The notes under the pieces are model-generated. The model searched no databases. It saw nothing but the letters and a program-made list of their open reading frames with translations, and had not been told where the DNA came from. 24,159 nucleotides of DNA from a virus (taxonomy: Duplodnaviria > Caudoviricetes): IMG/VR virus record IMGVR_UViG_3300031519_008241, positions 1 through 24,159 of that record. The stretch is one strand, 5' to 3'. How positions within the stretch are numbered: position 1 is the stretch's first letter; each line of letters begins with the position of its first letter. Both the position numbers and the translations under genes were made by a program. Shown here piece after piece: positions 22,509 to 24,159 of this stretch.

Positions 22509-23864
22509 TTGAATATAGCAAGTGCTTTAATTAAACAGACTATTGAAGGAGGAGATCTAGAAACTTGGTCATATATCAAGAAAGATTACCTTCCGTCTGA
22601 GTACCATAAAGTATTTGACTATATTGATAATTATTTCGATAATTACTCTCGCCTACCTACATTTGAAGATCTTAATCTGTCTTTGCGACACGCACAGACA
22701 AAAGAAAAGATACTAGCAATACAATCTCTAGAAGTAGAGGCAGACGCCTTTACGCTTCTGCAGTACCTTAAAAATGAGTACACCCAGAAAGAGATCTTCA
22801 CGTCTCTCGATTCTTATATTGATAATACTGCCTTGTTTGCAGAAGCAGAAGAATCTGTTGAAGCATTGCATCAAATTGTTCTTGATATACAAGATAAGGT
22901 AGACTTAGAAGTACCCTCAGAATCTATGCAAAGAATATCTTTGTTTGACTCTGAAGACGATTTAGGAAAGTACCTGCCCCTCGGTCTCAATACAGAGTAC
23001 GACCAAAGCATTTCGTTTTCCCCCCGAGACCTTGTGCTCGTTGGTGGTAGACGAGGGGCAGGGAAATCTATCGCTTGTGCTAATGTAGCCGCTGCTGCAT
23101 ATCTCACAGGTAAGTCTTCTATGTATTTTACTATCGAAATGGATAGTAGGCAAATTCTTCAGCGCATCTGTTCAATCGCAACGGGTGTGCCAACTAATAG
23201 AATCAAAAGTAAAAATCTTAGTATAACGGAGTGGGATAAAGTAGCCGCTTGGTGGGCCGCACGATTTACACTCGGTCAAGAACGTCTAGATGAGTATAGA
23301 GAACATAGAGATTTTGATAAATTTCACCAAAAACTTAGCCTTGGGGAACTTACTCCAGCACAGCAAGTAGATGTTATATATGACCCTTCTCTTACTCTTG
23401 GAAAGATCAGAGCAGAATTAGATAAGAAAGTATCTATTCTAAAACCTTCTGTAGTTATTGTAGATTATATTAATCAGGTAAAGAGATCGAATATCCCGAG
23501 TAGAAGTGGGGGCCAGTATGATTGGACAGAGCAGATTGAAGTAAGTAAAGCTCTCAAGTCTATGGCACAGGAGTACGAAGTTTGTGTATTTAGTCCTTAT
23601 CAAACCGATGCGACTGGAGAAGCCCGCTTTGCTAAAGGTATTCTTGATGCTGCTGATGCTGCATATTCTCTAGAGGCTTGGGATGAGGTAGATAATTGTA
23701 TTAGTTTTAATTGTGTAAAAATGCGCTCAGCTCCTATGCACAGTTTCACCTCTACAATGAATTGGGACACTTTGAAGATAGGCCCAGAAAGCTCTTTAAC
23801 ACCTAAAGAACGAGAAGGTTCCTCGCATAAGACTGGCGAAGATATTGATGATAACATAGGGTAA
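22509..23864 (+). CDS. DnaB-like replicative helicase (T5 D6-like)
   Basis: Walker A GGRRGAGKS, FTIEM, Walker B VIVDY, SPYQ, ARFAKGILDAAD, KMR. Confidence 0.94.
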   Translation: MNIASALIKQTIEGGDLETWSYIKKDYLPSEYHKVFDYIDNYFDNYSRLPTFEDLNLSLRHAQTKEKILAIQSLEVEADAFTLLQYLKNEYTQKEIFTSLDSYIDNTALFAEAEESVEALHQIVLDIQDKVDLEVPSESMQRISLFDSEDDLGKYLPLGLNTEYDQSISFSPRDLVLVGGRRGAGKSIACANVAAAAYLTGKSSMYFTIEMDSRQILQRICSIATGVPTNRIKSKNLSITEWDKVAAWWAARFTLGQERLDEYREHRDFDKFHQKLSLGELTPAQQVDVIYDPSLTLGKIRAELDKKVSILKPSVVIVDYINQVKRSNIPSRSGGQYDWTEQIEVSKALKSMAQEYEVCVFSPYQTDATGEARFAKGILDAADAAYSLEAWDEVDNCISFNCVKMRSAPMHSFTSTMNWDTLKIGPESSLTPKEREGSSHKTGEDIDDNIG

Positions 23865-23872
23865 AATATTTC

Positions 23873-23901
23873 TTGACTCTTTATCTATATTCTTGTATAA
23901 T
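23873..23901 (+). promoter_or_regulatory. sigma70 promoter TTGACT-17-TATAAT
   Basis: TTGACT 23873-23878 and TATAAT 23896-23901. Confidence 0.88.
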
Positions 23902-23926
23902 ATACTTTCAATTAACGAGGATTCTA

Positions 23927-24159
23927 ATGGTAATTTCAGGTTCGATAAATCATACTTTCTCAGGAAGAAAGCGCTCTGTTGTATCAAAAGTAAAAAAAGC
24001 TGTACCAGTGTTTCGTGCTATGGATGAACCTATATTCAAAAACAATAGAGGCGACGAGTTAAAGCAATACCCTAGTGCTCCGATGACTCCTTACCGCCCT
24101 GGTAAAGATAACTCGTATAAAACACAACATAATTTTACCGTAGCCCCCGCCTATAATAA
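23927..24159 (+). CDS. conserved hypothetical phage protein, 3'-truncated (MVISGSINHTFSGRKR...FTVAPAYN)
   Basis: GAGGA RBS after the promoter; frame open to the window end; absent from the ORF track because it has no stop. Confidence 0.75.
   Translation, partial: MVISGSINHTFSGRKRSVVSKVKKAVPVFRAMDEPIFKNNRGDELKQYPSAPMTPYRPGKDNSYKTQHNFTVAPAYN

Noticed and set aside
17566-23987. Minus-strand and off-frame ORFs across the replication block (17566, 18588, 19546, 20576, 21000, 21370, 22871, 22962, 23600, 23796)
   Set aside because: Shadows of well-identified plus-strand genes.
1-24159. CRISPR array, IS/transposase, DGR or retron, stop-codon reassignment
   Set aside because: I saw no regularly spaced repeats and no transposase or reverse transcriptase motifs. 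TAA, TAG and TGA all terminate full-length genes under the standard code.

Overview
A gene-dense, AT-rich window from a lytic T5-like (Demerecviridae-like) bacteriophage; an aquatic proteobacterial host is my inference. The right third is the syntenic T5-type replication block: D2, D3, a PC4-like protein, split NAD-dependent ligase A/B, D5 and a DnaB-like helicase, preceded by thyX, a DUF5664 dNTP diphosphohydrolase, a MazG-like gene and a pyrimidine-dimer-glycosylase-like gene. The middle holds auxiliary and lysis genes (MazG/PRA-PH-like, ribosomal protein bS21, SleB hydrolase, Hsp20, holin, T4-type lysozyme, Bfd ferredoxin) and a Zn-ribbon + DUF2589 + DUF2589 triad. The left end has iscU, a run of small membrane-peptide genes and tRNA-Ile2(CAU). 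Nine near-consensus sigma70 promoters, all with 17-bp spacers, punctuate the window. The most striking element is a self-contained 8.7-kb, 7-gene minus-strand operon (2312-11073) that abuts the tRNA 3' end. It starts with a T5 p132-like collar gene. One protein has only a C-terminal '[DE]RxYDxGTV' module, one has only a 'YSxxKxxW...NGW' module, and one has both, which suggests an uncharacterised head-to-tail polymerising, pilus-like virion fibre. Also notable are a probable AUU start codon and twin bulged-A GAAA hairpins upstream of hsp20. All family calls come from motif recognition; no searches were run.
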